64,000 bases of DNA, taken from assembly GCA_965232515.1 (NCBI GenBank), contig CBDDPY010000002.1, forward strand, positions 6,016,001 to 6,080,000, written 5' to 3'. Positions within the stretch are counted from its first letter, which is position 1. Each line of letters opens with the position of its first letter. The DNA comes from Alphaproteobacteria bacterium (GTDB taxonomy: Bacteria; Pseudomonadota; Alphaproteobacteria; GCA-2731375). This document shows positions 38,124 through 48,927 of the stretch, piece by piece. Both the position numbers and the translations under genes were made by a program. Under the pieces are notes generated by a model. It made no database searches and was not told the DNA's origin. It was given only the letters and a program-made list of their open reading frames with translations.

Positions 38124-39257
38124 GTGGCTGAGATTGGCATCGGTCTGATCGGCGCCGGCTGGATGGGCAGGGTGCACGCCACGGCTTACCGCAACGTGCC
38201 GATGGCCTTCGGTCCGGCGCCAGCCGTGCCGCGGCTGGAGGTCATCGCCGACATCGACGAAGACGGGGCCCGCGCCGTCGCCGAGAGCTTCGGCTTCGCG
38301 CGCTGGACCACGGACTGGCGCGAGGTGGTGGCCGATCCGCGGGTCGACGCCGTCGACATCACGGCGCCGAACGACCTGCACCCGGAGATCGCCATCGCCG
38401 CCTGCCGGGCCGGCAAGGCGGTCTATTGCGAGAAGCCGCTGGCGCTGACCGCGGCGGGCTCGCGGGAGATGGCCGAGGCCGCGCGCGAGGCTGATGTCGC
38501 GACCATGGTGGGGTTCAATTATCTCAAGAATCCGGCCCAGGGTTTCGCCCGGCAGCTGATCGAGGCCGGCGAGATCGGCGACGTCATCCAGTTCCGCGGC
38601 ACCTTCGATGTCGATCACATGACCGATCCCAACATGCCTTTTACCTGGCGCACGGAAAAGGCGCTCGCCGGTTCCGGTGCGCTGGGCGATCAGGCCTCGC
38701 ACACCATGAGCTTCTCGCAGTATCTCGTCGGCGATATCGAGGAAGTCTGCGGCATGACCGGCACGTTCGTTGCCGAGCGACCGGTCGGCGCGGGCGCCGA
38801 GATGCGGCAAGTCGAGAACGACGATGTCGTGATGGTGCTGGTACGCTATGCCAATGGCGGCATGGGCTGCATCGAGGCGAGCCGCGTGGCCACCGGTCGC
38901 AAGCTCTGGGCGAGCTATGAGATCCAGGGCACGAAGGGCGCGCTGTTCTTCACCCAGGAACGCATGAACGAGCTGCAGCTTTATCGCCACGGCGATCCGC
39001 CGGCCGAGCGCGGCTACAAGACCATCTATACCGGGCCCGAGCATCCGAACTACGCCGCGTTCCAGCCGTTGCCGGGCGTCGGCCTCGGCTATAACGAACA
39101 GAAGATCATCGAGGCGCATGATTTCATCGTCGCCGTGGCGGAAGGCGGGCGGGCCGAGCCCGACTTCGACTTCGGCCACCGGATCTCCCGCGTGATCGAC
39201 GCGGTTCTGCTGTCGGTCGATGAACGGCGCTGGGTGCGCATCGACGAAATCGAATAG
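38124..39257 (+). CDS. Gfo/Idh/MocA oxidoreductase (inositol dehydrogenase-like)
   Basis: IGAGWMG, YCEKPL, GALGDQASH. Confidence 0.9.
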   Translation: MAEIGIGLIGAGWMGRVHATAYRNVPMAFGPAPAVPRLEVIADIDEDGARAVAESFGFARWTTDWREVVADPRVDAVDITAPNDLHPEIAIAACRAGKAVYCEKPLALTAAGSREMAEAAREADVATMVGFNYLKNPAQGFARQLIEAGEIGDVIQFRGTFDVDHMTDPNMPFTWRTEKALAGSGALGDQASHTMSFSQYLVGDIEEVCGMTGTFVAERPVGAGAEMRQVENDDVVMVLVRYANGGMGCIEASRVATGRKLWASYEIQGTKGALFFTQERMNELQLYRHGDPPAERGYKTIYTGPEHPNYAAFQPLPGVGLGYNEQKIIEAHDFIVAVAEGGRAEPDFDFGHRISRVIDAVLLSVDERRWVRIDEIE

Positions 39258-39263
39258 CGGCGT

Positions 39264-41083
<1,820 letters not shown>

Positions 41084-41087
<4 letters not shown>

Positions 41088-41422
41088 AGCCGTTCGTTCG
41101 GTGGGGCGATTTCGGTGACGAGGTCGCGGATGAGCGGCTTGTTCGCGAGCGGTTCGAGGGTCATTTCGCTGGCCTGCAATTTCGTCGTGCAGGCATAGGC
41201 GACTTTGCCGTCGATGCGCATCATGCATTCCTTGCAGGCGTTGGCGTTGATGCAGGAATAGCGCACGCCGATGGTCGGATCGGCGTGGATGCGCAGCCAG
41301 CGCAGGCCGTCCAGCACCGACTGGCCCGGCTCGAACGGCGCCTCGAAACGGTCGTAGCGCGGTTGCTCGTCCGGGCCGCCACGCCGGATCTTCAGAACGG
41401 TGGTTTCGGTCGGTGCGGTCAT
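41084..41422 (-). CDS. Stand-alone 2Fe-2S protein (SdhB/FrdB N-terminal-like)
   Basis: [13 protein letters not shown]...YAC, LEPL...IRDL. Confidence 0.85.
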
Positions 41423-43107
41423 GCCATTGCTCGCTCCGGCTCTCCAACGGCCTGTCGCCGCACGTTTAGTTGCCCCTCATGCAGGGACACGACCTGGTTC
41501 ACTTGCCAGGCCGGATCGCTGTCGGGGAAGTCTTCGCGCTGGTGCGCGCCGCGGCTCTCGCGACGTTGCAGGGCCGGCAGCGCGACGGCTTCGGCCGTGA
41601 GCGCCATGTTGCGCAGTTCCAGCCAGTCCATGAAGGCGGCGTCGTAGCCGGTGACGCGCGGCGGCTTGCGCTCGGCGATTGCCGCCCGTAGTTCGCGGAT
41701 ACGTTCGAGCGCGGCGGTCAGCCGGCTCTCGTCACGGAACGGACCGACATTGTCCGCCATCAGCGCCTGCAGGTCGGCGATATCGGCCGTGGCGTTGCCC
41801 GTATCGTTCGCCGGCCCAGATGCCTGCAGCACGTCGCGCATGGGCGCGGCGGCGGCATCGGTCCAGGCCTGCGGGCGGCCGCTTGCGGCCCGCGCGGCGG
41901 CGCGGCCGGCACGCTCGCCGAAGACCAACGCTTCGGTGATGGCGTTGCCGGAGAGGCGGTTGGCGCCGTTCGGGCCGCCGATGGCCTCGCCGGCGGCGAA
42001 CAGGTTGGCGACGCCGGTCTGCATGTCCGTGTCCACGCGGATGCCGCCCATGTGGTAGTGGGCGATGGGCGCGACCTCGACCGGCATTTTCGTGAGATCG
42101 ATGCCGTTGGCGGCCAGCCGGTCGATGACGGGCCCGAAGGCGGCGCGCAGATCGGCTTCGGCCACGTGCTCGAAGCTGAGATAGGCGCCGCCGTGCGGGC
42201 TGCCGCGGCCGGCTTCGGCCTCCTTGACGATGGCATAGGTGGCGAGATCGCGGGTGGCGACATACTTGCCGTCCTCGGCGACGCCATAGGCGTCCAGGAA
42301 CTCGGCGCCGTCGGCGTTCAGCAGCCGGCCGCCGAGCTTGTAGCGAAACGGGTCCCACATGATCGGGTCCATGCCGATCAGCCGGGGCGCCAGATGGCCG
42401 ATGGGGAAGAACTGCGGGAACTCCATATCGACCAACTCGGCACCGGCGCGGAGCGCCAGCGCATAGCCGTCGCCGCCCATGTTGACGGACGCGCTGTTGC
42501 GGCGGTAGAGCCGGGTCAGGCCGCCGGTGGCGATGACGACCGCCTTGGCCGCGATGGTTACGGTCTCGCCGGTCGTGTTGTGCAGCGCCATCGCGCCGAC
42601 CGCCGCGCCGTCGCGGGTGACGATGTCGGTGACGCAGAGGTCGCCGACGCGGCGGATGCCGTCGCTTCGGTTGAGCCGGCCGCGCAGCGTCTTAGAGACG
42701 GCCGGGCCGGTGTTGAGGAAATCCACATAGACGCAGCGGCTGACGGAATGGCCTGGCGCCATGACCTGACGGATGCGGTCGCCGTCGCGGGCCCAGCCGA
42801 CCTTCCAGTCGTCCATCTCGAGGATGCGCGTCGGACCCTCCCGGCAGAGAATTTCGGCGAGCGCCGGATCGCAGAGGCCGCGGCCGGCCGCGATGGTGTC
42901 GTCGAGGTGGCGTTGCCAGTCGTCGGGTTCGGCATGGCCGATGGCCGCCGCCACCGTCATCTGTGCCATCACCGTGGCGCCGCCGCGGCCGATCAGGCTC
43001 TTGTCCAGCAGCAGCACGTCGGCGCCGGACCGGGCGGCCGAGATGGCGGCATACATACCGGCGGCGCCGGCGCCGACGATCAGGACATCGGTCTCAAGAT
43101 GGGTCAT
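41419..43107 (-). CDS. SdhA/FrdA/NadB-family flavoprotein
   Basis: GAGAAG, ATGG, AHYHMGG, AGE, GANRLSGN, RRESRGAH. Confidence 0.88.
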   Translation of the reverse strand: MTHLETDVLIVGAGAAGMYAAISAARSGADVLLLDKSLIGRGGATVMAQMTVAAAIGHAEPDDWQRHLDDTIAAGRGLCDPALAEILCREGPTRILEMDDWKVGWARDGDRIRQVMAPGHSVSRCVYVDFLNTGPAVSKTLRGRLNRSDGIRRVGDLCVTDIVTRDGAAVGAMALHNTTGETVTIAAKAVVIATGGLTRLYRRNSASVNMGGDGYALALRAGAELVDMEFPQFFPIGHLAPRLIGMDPIMWDPFRYKLGGRLLNADGAEFLDAYGVAEDGKYVATRDLATYAIVKEAEAGRGSPHGGAYLSFEHVAEADLRAAFGPVIDRLAANGIDLTKMPVEVAPIAHYHMGGIRVDTDMQTGVANLFAAGEAIGGPNGANRLSGNAITEALVFGERAGRAAARAASGRPQAWTDAAAAPMRDVLQASGPANDTGNATADIADLQALMADNVGPFRDESRLTAALERIRELRAAIAERKPPRVTGYDAAFMDWLELRNMALTAEAVALPALQRRESRGAHQREDFPDSDPAWQVNQVVSLHEGQLNVRRQAVGEPERAMA

Positions 43108-43160
43108 GATGCGGATTATAGGCGGATTGCCGCCGACCGGGCAGATCAAGAGGCCGCCAC

Positions 43161-44003
43161 ATGCTCGACCCCAATCTTTCCGTCACGCTCGGCGCGCACC
43201 GCTATGCGGTGAACCGGCGCTGGGGCACGCCGCCGTCCGGTGTCTCGCCGGAGCTGTTGTCGGCGATCGGCGTCGATGGCCAGGGCCGTGTGCATGCGGT
43301 CCGGCGGCTCGATCCGCCGGTGCTGGTGTTCGCGACCGACGGAACATTCGTGCGGACCTGGGGGCAGGGGCAGATCGCCGATCCGCACGGCCTGCACATG
43401 GCGACGGATGGGCGTATTTTGATCGTCGACCGGGATGCGCATCAGGTGCTGGCCTTCGACGCCGACGGCGGGCTGCAGTCGGCTTTGGGAGAGCGGCACG
43501 TGGCGGCGTTCCAGGCGCCGTTCAATCATCCGACCGGCGTCGCCGTGGCGCCGGACGGCGAGGTTTACGTGTCGGACGGCTACGGTAATTCCTGCGTGCA
43601 CCGCTTCTCGGCCGACGGCCGGCATTTGCAGAGTTGGGGCCGGCCGGGCGCGGGGCCGGGGGAGTTCACGACGCCGCACGCGGTCTGGGTCGACCGGCAG
43701 AACCGCGTGCTGGTGCTGGACCGGGAGAACAACCGGGTGCAGGTGTTCGACCGCGACGGCGCATATCTGGACGAATGGCCGGACCTCTACCATCCGATGG
43801 ACGTCTACGAGGATGCCGACGGCTTCGTCTATGTGACCGACCAGATCCCGCGGCTGTCCATGTTCGCGCCCGATGGTACGCTCGTTGGCCGCTGCCGGCC
43901 GGTCTTCAATGGCGCGCACGGCATCGCCGGCGACGCCGACGGCAATCTCTACATGACCGAGATGTCGCCGCCCGGCATCACCAAGCTGACACGGCTGGAC
44001 TGA
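43161..44003 (+). CDS. NHL-repeat protein (PAL-like beta-propeller)
   Basis: PHGL, FNHPTGVA, SDGYGNS, FTTPHAV, DRENNRVQVF. Confidence 0.88.
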   Translation: MLDPNLSVTLGAHRYAVNRRWGTPPSGVSPELLSAIGVDGQGRVHAVRRLDPPVLVFATDGTFVRTWGQGQIADPHGLHMATDGRILIVDRDAHQVLAFDADGGLQSALGERHVAAFQAPFNHPTGVAVAPDGEVYVSDGYGNSCVHRFSADGRHLQSWGRPGAGPGEFTTPHAVWVDRQNRVLVLDRENNRVQVFDRDGAYLDEWPDLYHPMDVYEDADGFVYVTDQIPRLSMFAPDGTLVGRCRPVFNGAHGIAGDADGNLYMTEMSPPGITKLTRLD

Positions 44004-44040
44004 CGGTCAGGTCTCAGCACACGTTTGCAGGAGCAGCTTC

Positions 44041-44334
44041 ATGACGATCTATGTCATCCTCGACAACGAGATTCACGATGCCGAGGCCTACGACCGCTAC
44101 AAGGCCGCGGTGCCGGCGCTGGTCGCCAAGCACGGCGGGGAGTATCTGGCGCGCGACGGCGCTTTCGACGTCATGGTCGGGGACTGGAAGCCCAACCGCA
44201 TCGTCATCTTCAAATGGCCGAGCCGAGAGGCGCTGAACAACCTGATGAGCGATCCCGAATATCTGCCGTGGAAGGAACTGCGGGAGTCGGTAACCACGAC
44301 CAACAATCTGATGATCGTGGACGGGATCGACTGA
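44041..44334 (+). CDS. DUF1330 family protein
   Basis: Y..Y...V...HGG.YL.R, GDW.P.RIV, PEY. Confidence 0.88.
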   Translation: MTIYVILDNEIHDAEAYDRYKAAVPALVAKHGGEYLARDGAFDVMVGDWKPNRIVIFKWPSREALNNLMSDPEYLPWKELRESVTTTNNLMIVDGID

Positions 44335-44335
44335 G

Positions 44336-45349
44336 CTAACCGGCGGCCGTCGTTTCGCTGTTCAGACCGGCGCCGGCGGCGAAGCGGTCGGTGCGGTAGT
44401 CGTGCACGCTGACCGGCGCATACTTCGCCGGGCGTTCAGCGCTCTGGCAGGTCGGCAGGCATTCGACCATGGCGTCGTAGTTGGGGCCGACGAAAAAGCC
44501 GATGGACAACCGTTCACTGCCGGCTTTCAGGTCGTCCGGCGGCAGCGCGACCCGGTGCGGCGTCGAGACCCAGCGGTCGTTGGTCCAGCGCATCATCAGG
44601 TCGCCGAGATTGACCACGTAGGTCTCCGGGATCGCCGGCGCGTCGATCCAGACGCCGTCGCGGCGGCGCACCTGCAGGCCGCCGGGCGCGGCTTCGTTGC
44701 GCAGCAGTGTCATCATGCCGAGGTCGGTGTGCACGCCGCAGCGCAGCTGGTCCGGCAGCACCTCGCCCGCGATCGGCGGGTAGTGCAGCAGGCGGAGCTG
44801 GCTGGTGTGCCGGTTGAGCCGGCTTTGGAAGTAGTCGTCCGGCAGGTCGAGTGAACGGGCGAAGGCCCGCGCGATGAGCTCGACCAGGTGCTCCATTTCG
44901 GTCCAATAGGCCAGCATCGCCGGGCGCAAGCCGTCGGGCGCATCCGGCCAGAGGTTGGGCGCAAAGCTGGGATAGGCGCTGGGACCGGTGTAGTAGGGCG
45001 TGTCCGGCACGTCGTCCGGGCCGATGGCGAAGACCTCCTTGACGTCGGGCGGCGTGTCGCCGCCGTGCATCCGCGCCAGCGTCTCCTCGCCATAGGGGAT
45101 GTAGCCGCGGTTCTGATCGTCGCGCGGCCGCCGCACCGTCATCTTCTGGTCGAGCGAAAGGTCGAAGAAGGCCATGGCCCGGTCGTAGAGCCGCTCGGCG
45201 GTCGTTTCCGGCACGCCGTGGCCGGCGACGACGAAGAAGCCGATCTGCTCGCAGATCAGGCCGAGCTGCCCGGCGACGGCGTCCTGCGCTGTGCGGTCGT
45301 CGCCGCGGAATGGCGACAGGTCGACGATGGGAACGCGATCGAGATCCAT
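44336..45349 (-). CDS. Isopenicillin N synthase-family Fe/2OG oxygenase
   Basis: GFFVVAGHG, LRLLHYP, HTDLG, NLGD, STPHRV, RLS. Confidence 0.92.
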   Translation of the reverse strand: MDLDRVPIVDLSPFRGDDRTAQDAVAGQLGLICEQIGFFVVAGHGVPETTAERLYDRAMAFFDLSLDQKMTVRRPRDDQNRGYIPYGEETLARMHGGDTPPDVKEVFAIGPDDVPDTPYYTGPSAYPSFAPNLWPDAPDGLRPAMLAYWTEMEHLVELIARAFARSLDLPDDYFQSRLNRHTSQLRLLHYPPIAGEVLPDQLRCGVHTDLGMMTLLRNEAAPGGLQVRRRDGVWIDAPAIPETYVVNLGDLMMRWTNDRWVSTPHRVALPPDDLKAGSERLSIGFFVGPNYDAMVECLPTCQSAERPAKYAPVSVHDYRTDRFAAGAGLNSETTAAG

Positions 45350-45415
45350 GACGACACCCCTCGGCTGCCCAATGCCCGAATAGCCTTGAAGTATCCGGGG
45401 CGGCGTTGCCGGGCG

Positions 45416-46792
45416 TCAACCGTCGGCGAGCGGGGCCTGCGGTTTGTAGCCGGTCCAGGCGAACCAGTAGGCGATGTGGCCGCCGAGGCGGACGAGGCGC
45501 GTGCCGTCCGCGCCGATCAGGCCTTCCTCGTCGATCTGCCAAATGCTGCCGTCGCCGGCGTCGCGCAGGCTGCCCTCGCCGGCGGCCTCGAAATCGCGGC
45601 CGCCGGCGTCGTAAGCGCGCACCGTGCGGGTGGCGGCGTTGCCGATCAGGACCACGTCGATTTCGCCGACGCTGTCGTTCAGCACCTTGCCGCCCTCGAA
45701 GTCGGTGAGACGCCATGCCTTCTCGGCCAGGCCGACGCGGAGCGCGAAGACGTAGTCCTTGGGATTGAGCGCCTGGTCCAGGACCACGGCGGGGAACATC
45801 AGGTCGGGACTGGCGAAGTATTCGCCGTAGGGCCGGCCCGGCTCGTAGACGCGGTTGAAGCCGGTGTTGAGCGACAGCACCTTGGTGTCGGGATGCCGCG
45901 TCAGCCAGTCACGCCAGCTCGTGATCGTCACGGGGCGGATCTTCAGCTCGATGCCGGAACCGGTTAGCTCTCCGACCACTGGCCGGCCGGTGAACTGGTT
46001 CCAGAGCGACTTGGTTTCGTGGTCGTACATCAGCTTGTTGGATCGGTAGAGGAAGCCGGAGGAGCCGAAGACGAACGGCAGCTGGCGCGGCGGCACGGTG
46101 GTCTCGTAGAGAATGCCCGAGCCGCAGAGCGTGCAGTAGGCGAGCGCCACCGGCACGCCGCCGATGATGTCGTTGAACATCTCGTGCCAGTCGAGCATCC
46201 GCAGGGGATAGGCGCGGGCGTCCCCGTTGATCTCGACGCCGAACACCAGCTCGTCGTCGGTGATGTAGCTGGCCTCGGCCGGCGAAATCAGTTCCGGATT
46301 GTTCAGTGCGGGGATGCCGTCCTTGACCACGCCGCCCCAGGCAATTTCCTCGAGCCGGATCTCATGCTCGACGCCGCGCCAGAGGAACTCGCGGAAATGC
46401 GGGTCGATCCGCGCCATCAGGTCGGCCTTGAAGCCGTCGAAGCCCTCGAACGGCTTGATCTCCGGATGCGCCTGCTGCCACAGCATCCATTGATGCCAGT
46501 CGCCTTCGAGATATTCGCCGGTCAACGCCGAGAGCGCGCGGCTGAGCGCGCCATCGTCGGGCACGAAGCGGAGCGCCTGGATCAGCGCCGGCACCACGTC
46601 TTTCTCGCCGCGGCGGACCAGCAGGCCCAGCGCCAGATCGCGTTCGCCGGGGTTCGGCGAGAAGACCTGCCGGACGAGGATCTCGACCTGCTCCGGCGTG
46701 ACCTTGGGCTTGCCTTCTTCCGCCGTCGCGGCGACGACGGGTGTCGCCAGAATGACCGTCGCGGCCAGGCCGGCACGAATCGCTCGGAGCAT
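45416..46792 (-). CDS. Exported DUF3179 domain protein with N-terminal helical extension
   Basis: DGIPAL, RAYP, HEMFND, YCTLCGS, SGFLY.SN, YWFAW. Confidence 0.88.
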   Translation of the reverse strand: MLRAIRAGLAATVILATPVVAATAEEGKPKVTPEQVEILVRQVFSPNPGERDLALGLLVRRGEKDVVPALIQALRFVPDDGALSRALSALTGEYLEGDWHQWMLWQQAHPEIKPFEGFDGFKADLMARIDPHFREFLWRGVEHEIRLEEIAWGGVVKDGIPALNNPELISPAEASYITDDELVFGVEINGDARAYPLRMLDWHEMFNDIIGGVPVALAYCTLCGSGILYETTVPPRQLPFVFGSSGFLYRSNKLMYDHETKSLWNQFTGRPVVGELTGSGIELKIRPVTITSWRDWLTRHPDTKVLSLNTGFNRVYEPGRPYGEYFASPDLMFPAVVLDQALNPKDYVFALRVGLAEKAWRLTDFEGGKVLNDSVGEIDVVLIGNAATRTVRAYDAGGRDFEAAGEGSLRDAGDGSIWQIDEEGLIGADGTRLVRLGGHIAYWFAWTGYKPQAPLADG

Positions 46793-46868
46793 GTCTACGC
46801 CTCCGCTGTTTGCGCTCTAACCTAGGCGCGGGCGCGGCGGTTGCCAAACACGACCGTTCACATCGCCA

Positions 46869-47615
46869 TCAGTCCGCCGGCGCGCGGTGGTCGGCGAGCT
46901 CGGTCTTCGGCAAGCCGGTCGGGCGTTCGTCGGCGATTTCTTCGATCATCTTGGCCAGGATCGCCTCGGCGAAGTTCGCCCGCGTTTCGGCGACCATGAC
47001 GAAAGCGCCCTGACCGCCGATGACGTCACGATCGTAGTGGGCGTCGAGCGGCATGCCGCCGGGGCCGGGATAGCCGCCGCCCGGCGATTTGATGACGAGC
47101 GCGTTGATGGTGATGCCGTCGGCCAGCGCCTCGGCCCGCGAAATCGGCAGCGGCCGGCCGCCGATCTGCGGCCCGTCGCCGGATATGTCGATTACCAGGC
47201 GCGCGCCGTCGATGCCGTTGCCGCGGATCAGATCGGCGGCATGGTCGATGGCGCCGCTGATCGAATTGTAGCCCTGGGCCACGCGCGGCGCCGCCATCAG
47301 CTTGTCGGCGAAGGCCTGGGCCGAGGCGGCATCGCTGATCACCATCCAATCGACAATGGTGTGCTGCGAGAACGGGCCGCCCCATTCCACATGTGCCAGC
47401 GCAATGCGGCCGTGATAGCCGGACTGGATCGCGGCGAGCACGCCCGGACTGGTGATGGCGGCGGCGTAGCCGGCGCGCTGGAGCTGGAATTCCTGGTCAT
47501 CGATCGAGCCGGAGCCATCGGCGGCCAGCACCAGCTCCAGGTCGACGCGTTCGGCGACGGCCGGGCCGGCCAGCAGGCAAAAACTAGCGAACAGGGCGGC
47601 AAGAGATGTTTTCAT
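46869..47615 (-). CDS. DUF1194 (VWA-like) exported protein
   Basis: LVLAADGSGSID, IDISGDG, ITINAL, VIGG.GAF. Confidence 0.9.
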   Translation of the reverse strand: MKTSLAALFASFCLLAGPAVAERVDLELVLAADGSGSIDDQEFQLQRAGYAAAITSPGVLAAIQSGYHGRIALAHVEWGGPFSQHTIVDWMVISDAASAQAFADKLMAAPRVAQGYNSISGAIDHAADLIRGNGIDGARLVIDISGDGPQIGGRPLPISRAEALADGITINALVIKSPGGGYPGPGGMPLDAHYDRDVIGGQGAFVMVAETRANFAEAILAKMIEEIADERPTGLPKTELADHRAPAD

Positions 47616-47692
47616 CGTCTACGGCTCCGAAGGGATTACGATGGTCGCAAGGTTATGTTGCGATGCGCGCGTGACAAAGAAAGGGGTCGGAT

Positions 47693-48151
47693 ATGTCCGA
47701 GATCAAGACCGAGCTGCTGTTCACCATCACGCTGACGGTGGAAGGGCCGACGCCGCTCGGCGATACGCCGTTCGGCGATCGCCGCATCGCGCTGGTCACG
47801 GGCGGGACGTTCGAGGGACCGAAACTGCAAGGCACCGTGCAGCACGGCGGCGGCGACTGGCTGCTGTTCCGCAACGACGGCGCGACGCAGCTCGATGTCC
47901 GGGTCACGCTGGAGACCGATGACAATCACCTGATCTACATGACCTATCGCGGCATCCGGCACGGTCCGGACGCGGTCATGGCGCGGCTGAACCGGGGCGA
48001 GGCCGTGGATCCGTCGGAATACTATTTCCGCACCGCGCCGTTCTTCGAGACCTCGTCCGGCAAATACGGCTGGCTGAACCGCATCGTCGCCGTCGGCACC
48101 GGCGAGCGCCGGCCCGAGGGGCCGGTCTACAGGGTCTACGAAGTGCTTTGA
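47693..48151 (+). CDS. DUF3237 family protein
   Basis: GGTFEGP, GGDW, LDVR..LETDD, YYFRTAPFFET. Confidence 0.92.
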   Translation: MSEIKTELLFTITLTVEGPTPLGDTPFGDRRIALVTGGTFEGPKLQGTVQHGGGDWLLFRNDGATQLDVRVTLETDDNHLIYMTYRGIRHGPDAVMARLNRGEAVDPSEYYFRTAPFFETSSGKYGWLNRIVAVGTGERRPEGPVYRVYEVL

Positions 48152-48309
48152 GCCTCGGCCGCCGGCGCGTCGCCGCCCTCGGCTTCTGACTGGGCCGCAT
48201 CATGCTTCCGCCGTTTGCAGGCGGACATGGCGGCGACGGCAAGCAGGCCGACGCCGATGCCGGCGGCGAGATGTGCGGCGGCGTTAAGACCGAGCCTGAC
48301 AAGCATCAT
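48136..48309 (-). CDS. Small single-TM protein, 57 aa
   Basis: GGGGAG RBS; ATGA overlap with the upstream small ORF; hydrophobic segment followed by CKRRK. Confidence 0.6.
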   Translation of the reverse strand: MMLVRLGLNAAAHLAAGIGVGLLAVAAMSACKRRKHDAAQSEAEGGDAPAAEAQSTS

Positions 48310-48422
48310 TTGTCTCCCCGTTTGCGGGCTTTTCGGGCCCGACAGGCGGCGCAACCGAGCGCCACGCCGACGGCCGCGCCCTTCACGAACGCGGATGTGG
48401 CGACGAGATACGACAGGATCAT
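48306..48422 (-). CDS. Small single-TM protein, 38 aa (MILSYLVATSAFVKGAAVGVALGCAACRARKARKRGDK)
   Basis: GGGAGG RBS; hydrophobic segment, CxxC and basic tail. Confidence 0.55.
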   Translation of the reverse strand: MILSYLVATSAFVKGAAVGVALGCAACRARKARKRGDK

Positions 48423-48501
48423 GGGCCGACCCTCCCTTTGGACCAATCCTGATGTGATAGGTAAGGGGATGCGCGCGAAAGTGAAGGAGGCGAGGCGCCC
48501 G

Positions 48502-48792
48502 ATGTTGGAACTACGACCGAACTGCGAGCATTGCGACAAGGACCTGCCGCCGGACAGCACGGCGGCGCGCATCTGCACCTTCGAATGCACCTTCTGCGCC
48601 GATTGCGTCGAAAGCGAGCTGCACAATGTCTGCCCGAACTGCGGCGGCGGTCTGGTGGCGCGGCCGATCCGGCCGAAGGCGATGCTTGCGAAGGCGCCGG
48701 CATCGACCAAACGCGTGCACAAGCCCATCGACGCGGCCAAACACCACGACTTCTTGCAACGCTACCGCGATATGCCGCCGGAGCAGCGGTAA
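48502..48792 (+). CDS. DUF1272 family Cys-rich protein
   Basis: MLELRPNCEHC, ICTFECTFCADC, CPNCGG; AAGGAGG upstream. Confidence 0.92.
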   Translation: MLELRPNCEHCDKDLPPDSTAARICTFECTFCADCVESELHNVCPNCGGGLVARPIRPKAMLAKAPASTKRVHKPIDAAKHHDFLQRYRDMPPEQR

Positions 48793-48820
48793 TCGATCGA
48801 CGCACCGATTCCAGCTGCCG

Positions 48821-48906
48821 CTGGATGCCCGGATCAAGTCCGGGCATGACGGATAGGGGCAAATCGGAACAACATCGTCATTGCCGGGCTTGACCCGGCA
48901 ATCCAG
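48821..48906. repeat. Inverted REP doublet (CGTC-tagged type)
   Basis: CTGGATGCCCGGATCAAGTCCGGGCATGACG (48821-48851) and CGTCATTGCCGGGCTTGACCCGGCAATCCAG (48876-48906). Confidence 0.85.
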
Positions 48907-48927
48907 GGACGGACTTGTGGCGGCCGC

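Noticed and set aside
45416-46792. Selenocysteine in the DUF3179 protein
   Set aside because: The motif is Cys-x-x-Cys and there is no in-frame TGA
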